From the human T2T-CHM13v2.0 reference genome, Homo sapiens, in assembly GCF_009914755.1 (NCBI RefSeq), contig NC_060941.1: a DNA stretch of 64,000 nt. The stretch is one strand, 5' to 3'. The notes beneath the pieces are model-generated. The model was not told the DNA's origin. It did no database searches and saw only the letters and a list, made by a program, of their open reading frames with translations. This document shows, piece after piece, positions 14,330-26,994 of this stretch; position 1 is the stretch's first letter, and each line of letters opens with the position of its first letter. Position numbers and translations under genes: made by a program.

Positions 14330-14870
14330 AGTGACAATGCTATCACCTTACCCCTGCTTAAACACCTCAGTGGCTTCCCCTTGCCTGTAACATAAAGATG
14401 CACATCTGGGGCCCCTGGCTTTTCTAACCATGTGTCCTTGTTTTCTGTGCTCTGCTCAGTGTCTTTCTTTCAGCCTCCCTTATATACTGGGCTTCCTCCT
14501 TTCCTAGAACACATGCTTATTCTGTTTCTTATGCTTCCCTTCCCTTAAACAGAGAAGGGAGGGAATAAACTTCCCTCCCTTCACTGTTTGACTCCTACTT
14601 ATGAACTCCTTTGTATCTCAGCTCAAGGGTCACCTGTTGAGGGAGATCCCCATGATCCACTGTCATGGCACTCTGTACTTTTCAAAATACATATCACAGT
14701 TTTAGCTTGACATTCGTTGTGTGACTGATGAATGCTCACCTCTTTCCCTAGACTGACTTTAGGCTTCATCCAGGCATGGGCTCTATCTTATTGGCCCCTG
14801 TGACATCTCCTATACCTGGTACATATTAACTGTATCAAGGCAGAAATAATTGTTAATGAATGAAGCAATG
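14330..14870 (+). mobile_element. L2 LINE fragment
   Basis: cccctgcttaaacacctcagtggcttcccc...tctcagctcaagggtcacc...cctggtacata...tgttaatgaatgaa. Confidence 0.65.
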
Positions 14871-15435
14871 CAGGCTGTCTATTGTACAATGAAGTGTGAT
14901 GTCCCAAGGGACAGAGAGAACAAGGCGCTTGGCTGAACTGGTTAAAGAACAGTCTGGAATTCCAAAGGGTATCTCTAATGGGAACCAAGACACTGAGTAT
15001 CACATTGGGCTGCGTGGGTTGCAAAGCCTGGTTTCACCCTTGGGTCCCCTTACATGAGCAAGTCTCTCATCTATAACAGGGATAGTAATAATTCATAACT
15101 AATACTCATAGCACTGTGTGATGATTCTATAAAACCGAATATAAAAAAGCACTTAGCCCAAGGCCTGGCATGCAGTAACCATTCCATAGTAAGCTACTAT
15201 TGTTGTTGTTATGCAGTATTTATTATGCAAGCAATAGATAATACAGCCTTCAGCTTCTGCAGAAATAGGGGTTAGGTATGTGCAGGTCTCCTTTGTGGAT
15301 CCGACATTGAGTCTGTTCTCCCAAGGAAACTTGAGGAAGGTGTCACCTATTGGGGAGCACCCACTGTGTTCCAGACACTGAATGAGGCGAGAACTTTTAA
15401 AGAGAAATGCATTCCGAATGGCTCATACTGTAATT

Positions 15436-15653
15436 CAGGGGTCAGCAGACTTTTTCCTGTAAAGATTCAGATAGTAAATATATTTTTCTATGCCAACTGT
15501 ATAGTACCTGTCACAACTACTCAATTCTGCTTTTATAATATGAAAGCAGTCATGGACAAAATATAAAAGAATGGGCGTGGCTGGGTTCCAGTAAAGCTAC
15601 AGAAACACAGCGTAGGCTAGATTTGGTCTGTGACTGTAGTTTTCTGACCGCTG
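15436..15653. mobile_element. MER58A hAT-Charlie MITE
   Basis: Termini caggggtcagcagact / agttttctgaccgctg; internal acaactactcaattctgc and gaatgggcgtggctg. Confidence 0.88.
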
Positions 15654-17919
15654 CTAGTTTAAATTTGGGAGATGAATAAAGAACTTCCAGTCATATATTT
15701 TCCAGTAAGTGTTCTATACAGATAGGAAAATACATGTTGAGAGAACCTAAGCATTAAGCTCTCCCTTTCCTTTAAATGATGATGATTACTATTGTTACCT
15801 TTATATAGTCCTTTAAACTTTTCAAGGCATATTCAACTCAAATGAGCTGAATTCTAGTCAACGTATAGGTCCCAAATGCCCACCCTATGCCAGATCCCAG
15901 AAGTCCAGAGATGAATGCTGTATATTCCATAGCCTAAAACAGCTCACCCATATTACCACATTTGTTCCTAAAATAAATAGGTGAAGTGAAGACATTAAGG
16001 CACAGAGAGGTTAAGCACCTCTTCTGAGGTCACACAGACAAAAAGTGACAGTGACTATTCATTTCACATTAGCATATGCAAATAGTTTCTTTCTACAGGA
16101 AAGTAAAGAGAAAAGGAAAGGTGTTCTGTATTTGAGGGGAGATCACATTTCAGCAGCTGTTGCTGGAACAACTATAAGCTCGAACTTATTTATAGAAAGT
16201 CATTAACAAGTTTGTCTTCATGCATAAGAGCACACACAGTCTGCAGAGAAGAACACAGTTTGATGTTTACCAGCCACCACATTCTCACCCTAAGGTTTGG
16301 TAATTATCATGGGTCTGTCCGGTGATGAGATTTTCTGCATTGTAGGCTATGGAATGCAATTATGGCTAAAAATAAAAATAATTTTCCATAGTTTCATTGA
16401 CAGAAGATCCCCAAATGTGGTCTGGCTATCATACCAACCTAGAAAACCAGCATGGAATGTAATTATTTTCCCCCAAAAGATAACACAACTTGGATTTTAA
16501 AGCATGTTTTTCATCAAGTTGTATGGGAGTTTGCACAAATGTAGAGTGATATATTTGGGTGCAGGATCATGCTGGAAAATGCAAGACCTTGAGCCTAGTC
16601 AGATACCTCTTCTGTCCAAGTAATGTGGGGCTACTTATCCCCTCTGATTATTTTTTTATGCATAATATAGGGATGCATCTATCTAAGAATTGTCATGAGA
16701 GTGAAACAAGATAATGACACAGTCTTTCAGGAACTTGGCAGGGTATAAGTAAACAAGATAAACAGATGAGATAAAACACATAAAGAATCAGGGAAGTTCC
16801 GTGATGCTTTTTTTTTTTTTCCTGAAACATTCTGAAATAGCTGTTTCTAGAAGCCAACTTTTCTTCTATGATCCTTTCCCCAGAGCCTCTGTATCCCTTC
16901 CACTTCTTATTAAAGAAGCTGCTGAAAGCCAGAGTGGGATGAGCCTCCTGCAACGACGTCTAGATCCTCCCAGAAGTGACTTGTAGGCAGTGGCTGCCAC
17001 CATCCAAGAATTAGAGATGAGGTCTGCAGGTCCTTTTGAAACCTCTGCTGATTTTAGTTAAGCCTATTTCCTCCCCATGCTCCTACAACCTCAAACTCAT
17101 CCCAACACAGGGCATGGATGAGGAGAGTTAGGCTCTGGCTCCAAGTCCTGGGTCTTTTGGTCTCTTTGAACTTCAATTTCTTCACAGGCAAAACTGTGAT
17201 GACAACATAACCACTCAAATAATCGTGCTGATTAAATGAACCAAAACATGTAAATGAGCTCAGGTGTACATGGGATAAAGGAGGCTTCAAATGCAGTGCC
17301 TGGCACAAAGTAAGCCCTCATTAAATGGGAGTTGCAGTGATTATTATTAGAAATGTCTGGCTGCTGGGGCTCTGATAAAGGGAGAGGCCCTAGAATGATG
17401 AAGTGACGTGTTAAGTTCCATAGATAACAACAAAGTCAGGCCATTCACACTTTGGGACTGTATTTCTTGACAGTCCATATATCATTCACATTTGCATCTT
17501 ACTTTATCTTATTGTCAGATGACTACCAAGAAGATTTTGCCAGTCTTTTCTTTCTGTAGCTCGTATTCTTGTATTATGAAAATAGATATACTGAACATGT
17601 CTCATACCAAATACCTTTTCTCTTTTAGGATTGTTGCTATTTCTGTGGAAGAGTTTGTCCCATGAGAACCACTGTACTGGTATGTGTAGGGCATTTTTGT
17701 TAAATATTAAGTCATTCCAGAGCCCACATAAATAGTATTAATAAAGGCTCGCTTTGTTTTAATTATTGTAGAGATTTAATGTTATGTAGTTCATTTGAGT
17801 TAAGGCAAGAATTATTTTTGGTCATCTCCTACGCAAAAAAAAGCGTTGGTCTAGATGGGTTTATAAGTATATTCCAGCAGATATTTGAGGGGAAAATAGG
17901 CCAATATCTTTTACGATCA

Positions 17920-18145
17920 TATATGCAAAAAGCCAAAATTAATACTAGCTAGTGGAAAACAGCATTAAAAATAATTTATTACAATCAAGTAGGGCTCATA
18001 TCAGGAGTTAAGGGTAAATCAATGCTGGAGAAATCTTCCAATGTGATCTAGCACATCAATTGAATGAAGCAGAAAAAAAGGGACATGAACATCTCAATAT
18101 GGAGTACCTGTATTTAGATAGAGCTAACCAAATTAACATCCATTT
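17920..18145 (+). mobile_element. Very old L1 ORF2 (RT region) fragment
   Basis: Degenerate match to L1 [24 protein letters not shown] coding DNA: acagcattaaaaataatttattacaatcaagtagggctcatatcaggagttaaggg. Confidence 0.6.
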
Positions 18146-19148
18146 TAGTGGAATTACTTCTCACTTAAATGGATGAAGTATACAAAAAAAAAAAAAAATA
18201 GAATCTAATGCTTCAACCTGATGCCTGGGATGTCTTTTGCCTGAGGTCTGAGCTCTGGAGTGAACAAGGAAGACAGCTTCTAGATGATCATGAGACAATT
18301 CAGGCCAAAGCATGTCTCTGTGATGCTGAGAAAGGCTCTGAAAGCTTCAGCAATGTGGTGTCCAGAGGGCAATGTGATTGAATGATATTTCGGGAGACCA
18401 CAATGCAAAGTTTTATCCTCTTATAGTTATTCATAAAGGTTTATAGCTTCACTGGTATAGATATAACTAAATTGGAGAGGAATGTGATTTTTCAAATATC
18501 CAGGGGCAATGACTCTCAGTACCTGCAGTAGATGCACACCAAGGGGTTGACGGAGAAGACTTTTCTAGCTCACTTCACAGTTAGTCCCCATCCTGGAGGA
18601 AGGAAAGACTGAATCCTCACACACTGCTTGCCAAAGCCATCTTATTCACTCAGGGTTAATTCAGAAGAGTCACTTTAGGTGGCTACTGTCCTAACTGATA
18701 TATTCATGGAAAATTAGACACATAACATCTATTAGATAAGAGAGGAGGGTTTTCTCTCCTCTCATAAATGAAGCTGCGCAGCGATTTGGATAAACTGTTC
18801 ACAAAACTAGGCTTGGTTTTGTACACATTAATTGCATAAAGTATGATACTTAATAAGCAGAAACACACACTGGTTTATTTCAAAGCCATTAAACCCGCAG
18901 TGGATTGACTGTAGGGGATGAATATTAGAAAGAGCACAGGGCTGGGAGTCAAAGGGGCTGAGTTTGAATGACAGCTCTGTCATTCAGTAGGTAGGTGTGC
19001 TCGGTGAGTCACTGCTCCCTTTTAGACCTCAGGGTCTTTATCTGGAAAACATGGAGATTTTAAGGACAGGGTTTTGTCATTCTTCTAAAACACTGATGGG
19101 AAATATAGGATGTTGCCTCTTGAGTTTCCATCAAAGTCAATTAAGTTA

Positions 19149-19467
19149 TAGTCACATGTTGCTTAAAAACCAGGATGCATTCTGAGAAATGTGTTATTAG
19201 GTGATTTTGTCATTGTGTGAACATCATAGAGTGTACTTATATAAACCCAGATGGTATATGGTATAGCCTATTGCTCCTAGGCTACAAATCTGCACAGCAT
19301 GTTACCGTACTGAATACCATAGGCAATTGTATTGCACACAGTGGTAAGTATTTGTGTATCTAAACGTAGAAAAGGCTCAATCAAAATACGATATTGTAGT
19401 CTTAGGGGACCACTGTCACATAGGCAGCCTGTCATTGAAGGAAATGTTGTTAGGTGGTATGTGACTG
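19149..19467. mobile_element. Tigger3a-like TcMar-Tigger non-autonomous element
   Basis: TIR remnants tagtcacat / atgtgactg flanked by TA; internal gcctattgctcctaggctacaaa and ggtaagtatttgtgtatctaaac. Confidence 0.88.
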
Positions 19468-22227
19468 TATGTAGAATTGAAACCAAATATTTAAACCAAA
19501 GTTTCAGTAGGCAGCATGTTTATGCCTGGGGTTGCAAATGGATGACTATGGGACCAGGCTGCTTGTCTCAACAGAGAAGAAGGCTAGGCAAAGGCCATGG
19601 CCAAAAAATATGAATGTGCAGCTTAGTCCCAGGGTCTCCTGGCAGCCACTTTGTGACTCCTGGTTTCTTCATTTGATCGTGCTTAGGTCAAATCAAACCA
19701 AATCCAAACAAAACAAAATATCTCAAACCTTCACTCATTGATTCTTCCAACAAACCCGTATGTGTTTCCCATGTGCCAGGCACTGTGCTGGGCATGAGGA
19801 GATGAAAAGAGGGAAGACCTTAGAGGCAGTAGGAGGCACATATGCAAGTGTCCTGTAGCATCATGGAAGACCATGTGTAAGAGGAAGAGGCTGGAGCCCA
19901 GAAGGGAAGGGGAATGAGGTAGGCTGACCCAGGAGAAAAAGGTAAGGACAGACCACATTCATGCTTGGAGACCCTGGTAAGAATATTGTCTATCCTCAGA
20001 ACAGTGGAAAGTCATCCAAAGTTTGAAGATGGAGAAGGGGGTTGTACGAGCAGGGGTAGGGAATGTTGATGACAGCAGGTTTGTTTCTGACACTCGATTG
20101 AAAACTCTAGAGGGAAGTGACCCTTTACTATAGCGCCTTTTCTCAATGTGGTGTCTGATTCTTCCAGAAATCACATTACCAACTGCCTGCCAACTTTCCC
20201 CTATTCCTGCCCTTCCAGAGCCTGCCCAGGTTCTTGGTGAGCCAGGTATTCCTAATCCTGGAATCATATCACTCAAATTTAATAACCTCTCTCATGTGCC
20301 AGTACTTGACAAGTTAAAAGTAATTTGAATATCTGTCTGAGTATTAATATTTTAACTATACAAGGCACCACAAATTATTTAGTGATTTTTTAAAATAAAA
20401 AAGCAAATAAGAAAATGATGTATCAATTCAGATTGCAGGGAATAGGAGATCCCAACACAGGCTTCTGAAAAATTGGGAAAAGCACCCAAGAAGATTATAA
20501 AAGATGACTAATGAGCACAAAACAACTTTTGGCAAGCACAGGAAAGTATTAGCTTATTCCAAGAAACAAGACACATTTCATCCAATTATTGGAAAATAAA
20601 TGGCAAGAAAAACCAAATACCAAGAAAGTACCCACATTTATGTGGAAAAGTATAAAAGCAATGATTCAGGAACTAATTTGAACAATCCAGGGATAGTCAT
20701 ATTGATTCCAGCCCATTGCTGCAATTTGAAATGAAGCCAAATGCCAGAGGACAATGAGATCTGTTTTACGGGCTCTTACATGCCACATAGGAGGGAGGGA
20801 GCCACAGGAATGCACCACATTGAAAAAGGAATTGTGACTTCTGATGGGAGGGCTTTTGGGCCAAGTTAAATCTCAGAATCCAGCTCTCCCCCTGCTCCCC
20901 AGACAGTGTTGCTAGAGGTCAATGGACAGTGGGGTCTGAGCAAGTCTTCATTGTGTGTGATTGCCCCTTGCTTGCAGGGCCTTTAGAACCTTTGCACCAC
21001 TCCCACTAACTGCTTGCAGTACTTCCATCATGATGTCAATCCCAAATACCTCCTACCCAGTTTAAAACAGCCCTTGTGGTATATATGTGTGTGTACTGCC
21101 CAGATGGAGGGCTGTGGCTAGGAAAGTCAGTTTCCCTATCCGTAAATTGGAAGAATGATTGATAGCTCCTTGTGCTACATATTTCTGCTGAGCAAGCAAA
21201 AAAAAAAAAATGACCTTGGGTTAGAACATCCTTCCTGCTGCACCCTGTGTGGTCATTGAACGTCACTTCTGTGCAGGATGCAGCTGATTCTTTTCTCTCC
21301 TAGTGGATTTTGTTTTACAGAGGGATCTTTGGTCCTGTGACTGAAAGGTGAGTTGGGGGTGACAGTGGGGAAAGGAGACAGAAGGAGGGAGAGCCAAATT
21401 ACTCTCACTGTACTGCAGGGAAGTCCAGATGGTGCCCTTGTCCTAAGCTTCCAAAATATGCTCTGGGAGGGAAACAGAGACAGCATTTTGCTGACAGCAC
21501 TTGGGAACAGGCGTGTGGGCACTCTATATTAAGACTTCAATATCCATTCCAAGTGTATCTGTGTGTATGTGAGAGCACTGTGGCTTTACTTGGAAACCAC
21601 CGGTCCCAATCTCTCTGGGGCAGATTCCATTTTTCATTCTTTCCTCCCTATCCTTGTAACCCAGGCCCAACCATTCAGCAAAGGGTCTACCCCCAAATAC
21701 CATGGCTCCCTCTGGGGCCTCTGTCTTTTGCCAGGGCAAAGGTTGTTTCCAGTAGAACTGGGTCAGCTAGAGGGAAAGGTCTTTATCCCTTGGGTAGCCG
21801 GAGTCTGAGGCATTCCCAAGGGCGAGTGGGTACAGTGTGGTTCCCATCCACAGAGTGGTGGCATGCATGCCATGCCAGCTACTGTACCAGGGAGGGGCGA
21901 TTTCAAGAAGAGACTCAGTCTTGGCCTCAAGCATTTCTCAGTCCAGAGAGAGAGAGAGAAACCCAGCTCTTGCAGGCAGAGCTTTATAAATTACAATGCA
22001 TCTTCCTGCCCACTTCCTTTCTGAACCCAAACAATAGCCCTTCTGTGAATTAGGCCAGGATGCTTTGAAACTGTCTTTCAGACAGGAGGAGCTGAGGACC
22101 CAAAGTCACTCGGTTGTTTATCAACAGATCTAGACTTAAATCCAGGTCTCTGATTCTCAAACACAGTCTAATTTCGATCTGTAGACTTGGTCAAGCTGCT
22201 GTTTTGTCTGGTGTACTGTCCTGATAT

Positions 22228-23481
22228 TGAGAGGTGACAATGTGCTAGCAACCCTTGCTCGCTCTCGGGACCTCCTCGGCCTCTGCATCCACTCTGGCCA
22301 CACTTGAGGAGCCCTTCAGCCCGCTGCTGCACTGTGGGAGCCCCTCTCTGGGCTGGCTGAGGCCAGAGCCAGCTCCCTCTGCTTGTGGGGAGGGGTGGAG
22401 AGAGAGGCGCAGGTGTGAACCAGGGCTGTGCCTGCACTCGTGGGCCAGCGCGAGTTCTGGGTGGGCATGGGCTCAGCGCGCCCACACTTGGAGCGGCCGG
22501 CCGGCATCACAGGCCCTGGGCAGTGAGGGGCTTAGCACCTGGGCCAGCAGCTGTGGAGGGGGCGCCAGGTCCCCCAGCACTGCTGGCCTGCCTGCACCAA
22601 GCTCGAATTCTCGCTGGGCCTCAGCCACTTCCCTGTGGGGCAGGGCTGGGGACCTGCAGCTTGCCATGCCCAAGACCCCGCAACCTCATCCCCGCCGTGG
22701 GCTCCCGCATGGCCTTGTGGTGCCCGGTCCCATCAACTGCCCAAGGGCTGAGGAGTGCAGGCGCGGGACCAGATGGCAGCTCTGCCGGGCGGCCCAGTGT
22801 GGGATCCACTAGGCAAAGCCAGCTGGGCTCCTGAGTCGGGTGGGGACTTGGAGAACTTTTATGTCTAGCTGGAGGATTGTATATGTACCAATCAGCACTC
22901 TGTGTCTAGCTTGGGGTTTGTGGATGCACCAATCAGTGCTCAGTGTCTAGCTAATCTAGTGGGGACTTGGAGAACTTTTGTGTCCAGCTAAAGGATTGTA
23001 AATGCACCAATCAGCACTCTGTCAAAACGGACCAATCAGCAGGATGTGGGTGGGGTCAGATAAGGGAATAGAAGCAGGCCGCCCCAGCCAGCAGTGGCAA
23101 CCCTCTCGGGTCCCCTTCCACACTGTGGAAGCTTTGTTCTTTCGCTCTTCGTACTAAATCTTGCTGCTGCTCACTCTTTGGGTCCATGCCACTTTTATGA
23201 GCTGTAACACTCACCGCGAAGGTCTGCAGCTTCACTCCTGAAGCCAGCGAGACCATGAACCCACCAGGAGGGATGAACAACTCCAGATGCACCACCTTTA
23301 AGAACTGTAACACTCACTGCAAAGGCCTGCAGCTTCACTCCTGAAGCCAGTGAGACCACGAACCCACCAGAAGGAAGAAACTCTGGACACCCCATCTTTG
23401 AAAACTGTAACACTCACCGTGAGGGTCTGTGGCTTCATTCTTGAAGTCAGCAAGACCAAGAACCCGCCAATTTTGGACACA
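22228..23481 (+). mobile_element. ERV9 solo LTR (LTR12 family, D/E-like), 1254 bp
   Basis: Starts tgagaggtgacaatgtgctagca, ends ccaattttggacaca; CCAAT repeats (ccaatcagcactctg), U5 repeats (ctgtaacactcacc..gaaggtctgcagcttcactcctga); 4-bp TSD ATAT. Confidence 0.96.
22860..23160 (+). promoter_or_regulatory. LTR12 U3 enhancer/promoter motif cluster (4 CCAAT boxes, GATA site, degenerate TATA-like box)
   Basis: ccaatcag at about 22889, 22929, 23007 and 23032; cagataag 23057-23064; aataga at 23067-23072 where consensus has aataaa. Activity not shown. Confidence 0.5.
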
Positions 23482-23849
23482 ATATGGTTTGGCTGTGTCC
23501 CCACCCAAATCTTATCTTGAATTTTAGCTCCCATAATTCCCACATGTGGGAGGAACCTGGTGGGAGATAATTGAATCACAGGGTGGTTTCCCCCATACTG
23601 TTCTCATGGTAGTGAATAAGTCTCATGAGTTCTGATGGTTTTATCAGGGGAAACCCCTTTCACTTGGTTCTCATGCCAGCTGCCATGTAAGATGTTCCCT
23701 TTGCTCTTCTTTCATCTTCCACCATGATTGTGAGGCTCCCCTAGCCACGTGGAACTGCGAGTCAATTAAACCTCTTTTCTTTATAAATTACCCAGTCTCA
23801 GCAGCATGAAAATGGACCCTTGCCTGACCTTCAATTTAAAAGAATTATA

Positions 23850-24060
23850 GTAGCTACCATTTAAGGAGAGTTTCCCATGTGCCAGCAGGGTCCTCAATGC
23901 CCTACAGAGGTCATCTCATTCAGTTCTTACAACAGGTGTACAGGCAGGGATTACTGTCCCCATTTACCAGATGGGGAAACTGAAGTGGGGGAGGTGAAAT
24001 AACTTGCTTGAATTCACTCAGTCAGTAAAAGGCAGAGCCACATGTTAGACCTGGTTTGTG
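23850..24060 (-). mobile_element. MIR SINE
   Basis: atgtgccag...atctcattcagttcttacaaca...ccccatttaccagatggggaaactgaag...aacttgc. Confidence 0.8.
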
Positions 24061-24339
24061 GGCTTTCTCACCAAGGATTGTGGGGAGCTTCCCTGATTGA
24101 TTGGGTCCGCATTCCTTTTTTTTTTTTCCCCCTGGAATCTCTGGGACACCAACTCATGCGTGAATCTGGGGAATTAATCTTCTCTTGTTGGGCCCTGGCT
24201 GAGGGGTTCAGTGATCCCTGAGCTCCATTCCAGCTCTTTCTCTGGATTTATCTGTAGCATCCATACTTCCCCAAGTTTCCAGGTGCTTGTCTCTTATATC
24301 CACAATGAGTAACACCACCACTAGTGAATTCTAGTGAAC

Positions 24340-24560
24340 ATTATTGGGCTATAATGTGAGCCAGGGCTGTGTTAGCCTGTTCTGATGCATTATCTCATTT
24401 GATCCTTGCAAAAATCGACGTATGAGAACCTTATCACCTCCAATTTAGAGTTAAGGAAACTGAGGCTTAGAGATGCTAAGTAATGTATCCAGGTCACACA
24501 GTTTTTAATAGAACAAGAGCTTGTGTCTGATGCCAAAAACAAAATGTTAAGCACTAAGTT
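24340..24560 (-). mobile_element. MIR SINE
   Basis: gcattatctcatttgatcctt...aggaaactgaggcttagaga...ccaggtcacacag. Confidence 0.8.
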
Positions 24561-24970
24561 ATCTGGCCTCTAATAGACGGAAGTGCTCTGGGACTTGGGA
24601 TTGTCAATCAGACTTAGGGGGTGGCTAAATAAATGAACCCCTGTGGAATGAAGTCCCCTTGCACTCCTATAGTTAGTGTTTTACTTCATGTCAGCTGTGG
24701 AGAAATAGGCACAGCTGGCTTGGTGTATCTGTCAGCTGTTAAGTCTCAGGTTCTGTCTTCTAGGTAGGAGCTACCCCAGGCACAGCACTAACCCTTTCCT
24801 GCAGGTTCTGATTGGGGGCCGGCCTTTGGCTCTTCCCGGCTGCTAATGCTATCTCCTTCCCACCTTCAAGGCTCCCTGCCCTGAGCTGTCCCTCAGGGTT
24901 CTCCATAGTCCAATCCTGACTTTTCCAGCCTTCTCTCACCTCCTCCTTTACAACATACACCTACTGCTGA

Positions 24971-25337
<367 letters not shown>

Positions 25338-25599
25338 ACATTTGGGTCTTTATCCATGCGGTTTGTCTCTACCAGGAATGGCCATTGTTTTGGCTGTAAT
25401 TTCTGTTAGTGGAACGCCCCTCCTAAATTGCTATCTCCTCCATGCTGGCCTTCTGGATTTTCCTGTATGAATTTGCTGTCTTCCTCCTTTTGAAATCTTG
25501 TAACATTAAAGTAACATTAAAATATGGGCTTGACTGTGCTTTCAATGATAGCTTCTCTGCTTGTAGCAGTTCCTCCATAGCCTGTGAGTAGTAAGAAGA

Positions 25600-25785
25600 G
25601 TTACAAATCTAACCCTAGCCTTGCCACTTCATAACTGTGACTTAGGGCATTGAGTTAACCTGTCTGAACTTCATCTTTAGGGTAGAGATAATACTGTTTA
25701 TTTCCCCAGTTGTTGTAAGAATTACATAAGTTAGTGCATGTAAAACACCTAGTATCCACCAGACATGCAATAGGCACTCAAGAAT
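25600..25785 (+). mobile_element. MIR SINE
   Basis: aaccctagccttgccacttcataactgtgacttagggca..gttaacctgtctgaac...gttgttgtaagaattacataag. Confidence 0.75.
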
Positions 25786-26029
25786 CTTAAGTTACCCATA
25801 TTCCCACATTTCTTATTACCTCTTCCCCCAAATACACACAGATCGTCACACACAAACAATACTACTGCTGCTACCACCACCACGATGATGGCTCAATGCC
25901 CAGTGTGTACAGGATCACAGCATGCTAGCGCTATAAAGTTCCCTAGCAGCCCATGGTTTTAGTCACTGTTTTGCAAACGAGTAACTAGCACCTGGGTTGG
26001 GATCAGCTGCCCTAAGTGAGTACAGTATT

Positions 26030-26290
26030 GCAGCTAACATTTACTGGGTACAACATCAAGGCATTGTACTTGGTGTTTTATAAGCATTATCTTATTTGAG
26101 CCTCCCAATGAATCCCCTGTGGGGTTAGGTAATAACATTTTCATCACCCCTATTTTGCAGAGTGGTGGGGGGCCGGGGGACCAAAACTTAGAGGTTAAGT
26201 AGTTTACCCAATATCTCACTTTTCTAATAAGTTGAAGAGCTAGAATTTGGACCCCAGGAGCCCAATATCAGATCCTGGCTCTTAACCAGA
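26030..26290 (-). mobile_element. MIR SINE
   Basis: gctaacatttactgggtac...cattatcttatttgagcctccc...cccctattttgcagag...agaggttaagtagtttaccca. Confidence 0.8.
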
Positions 26291-26994
26291 AGCCAGAATG
26301 CAAGTGAACTCCAGATAGCCTGCATTATTTTAAGAGTCCTCTCCAGTGTCTCAGAAAGGGCTTCAGAAATTCAGAAAAAGCTCATTTCTTGATTCCCATG
26401 CCAGGGCTATCTGCCCAGGGGAGCTGAATTGAACATAAATGAATTCTACCAGCCCAGATCCCTCACCCTGTCAGTCTCAGTCTTCTCCCGGAAAAGTTAA
26501 AATGAGTTCCCTGAGCTCTGGCTGCTTTCTAGTGGGGAGGGAGTTCCAGTGGCTTTGCAGGAGGGGAGACTTGGAAGAACTCCACCAACTTAGTTTATTC
26601 CAAGGCATGCCCAAGAAATGGATTTTCTTGACTCTGTCTTGGCTGAGACAAAACACACACCTCTCTTGTTGGTCTTTCTGAGTTGAACAGTCTTGTGGCC
26701 TTAATGCCTATCACATTGGATGGTTTCAGGAAAGGGCCATTCTTTGCTTTCTTGGTCCATGAATTCAGAGCTGGGTTGAGCAGTGATGAGAAAATGAACC
26801 CCCTAGCCCCAGCCAGCCCTGGATCCTCTCTTGAGTTCATTCTCCTTTGGCATTTGGTAAGCAGGAACCTTGATGTCCCAGATGGTAGAGACAAGGGATG
26901 GCCCCAGGCAATTCATGCAGATACCTCAGCTGGTTGTAGTGAATCATTGTGTCTATGCAAGAAGGACTTATGAGCACTCAGTGGGAATTCTGTA

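Larger units (their letters stand above)
22222..23817 (+). mobile_element. THE1 (MaLR) solo LTR split by LTR12 (pieces 22222-22227 and 23482-23817)
   Basis: tgatat | LTR12 | atatggtttggctgtgtccccacccaaatc...gagataattgaatca...attaaacctctttt...gcagcatgaaaatggac. Confidence 0.92.

Noticed and set aside
17629-17679. Possible 51-nt exon (polypyrimidine-AG ... CTG|GTATGT)
   Set aside because: Splice-like pairs are frequent by chance; no recognisable peptide or partner exons. It would need RNA-seq junction reads.
21553-22053. 166-aa ORF
   Set aside because: Non-ATG start, no recognisable domain, runs through a (GA)n tract; consistent with chance.
22168-22834. Longest ORFs (185, 149 and 105 aa)
   Set aside because: They lie in the GC-rich U3 of LTR12, where stops are rare, and overlap in several frames; no protein family similarity.
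22850-23460. Internal direct repeats in LTR12
   Set aside because: Known structural feature of ERV9 LTR U3/U5; not novel.
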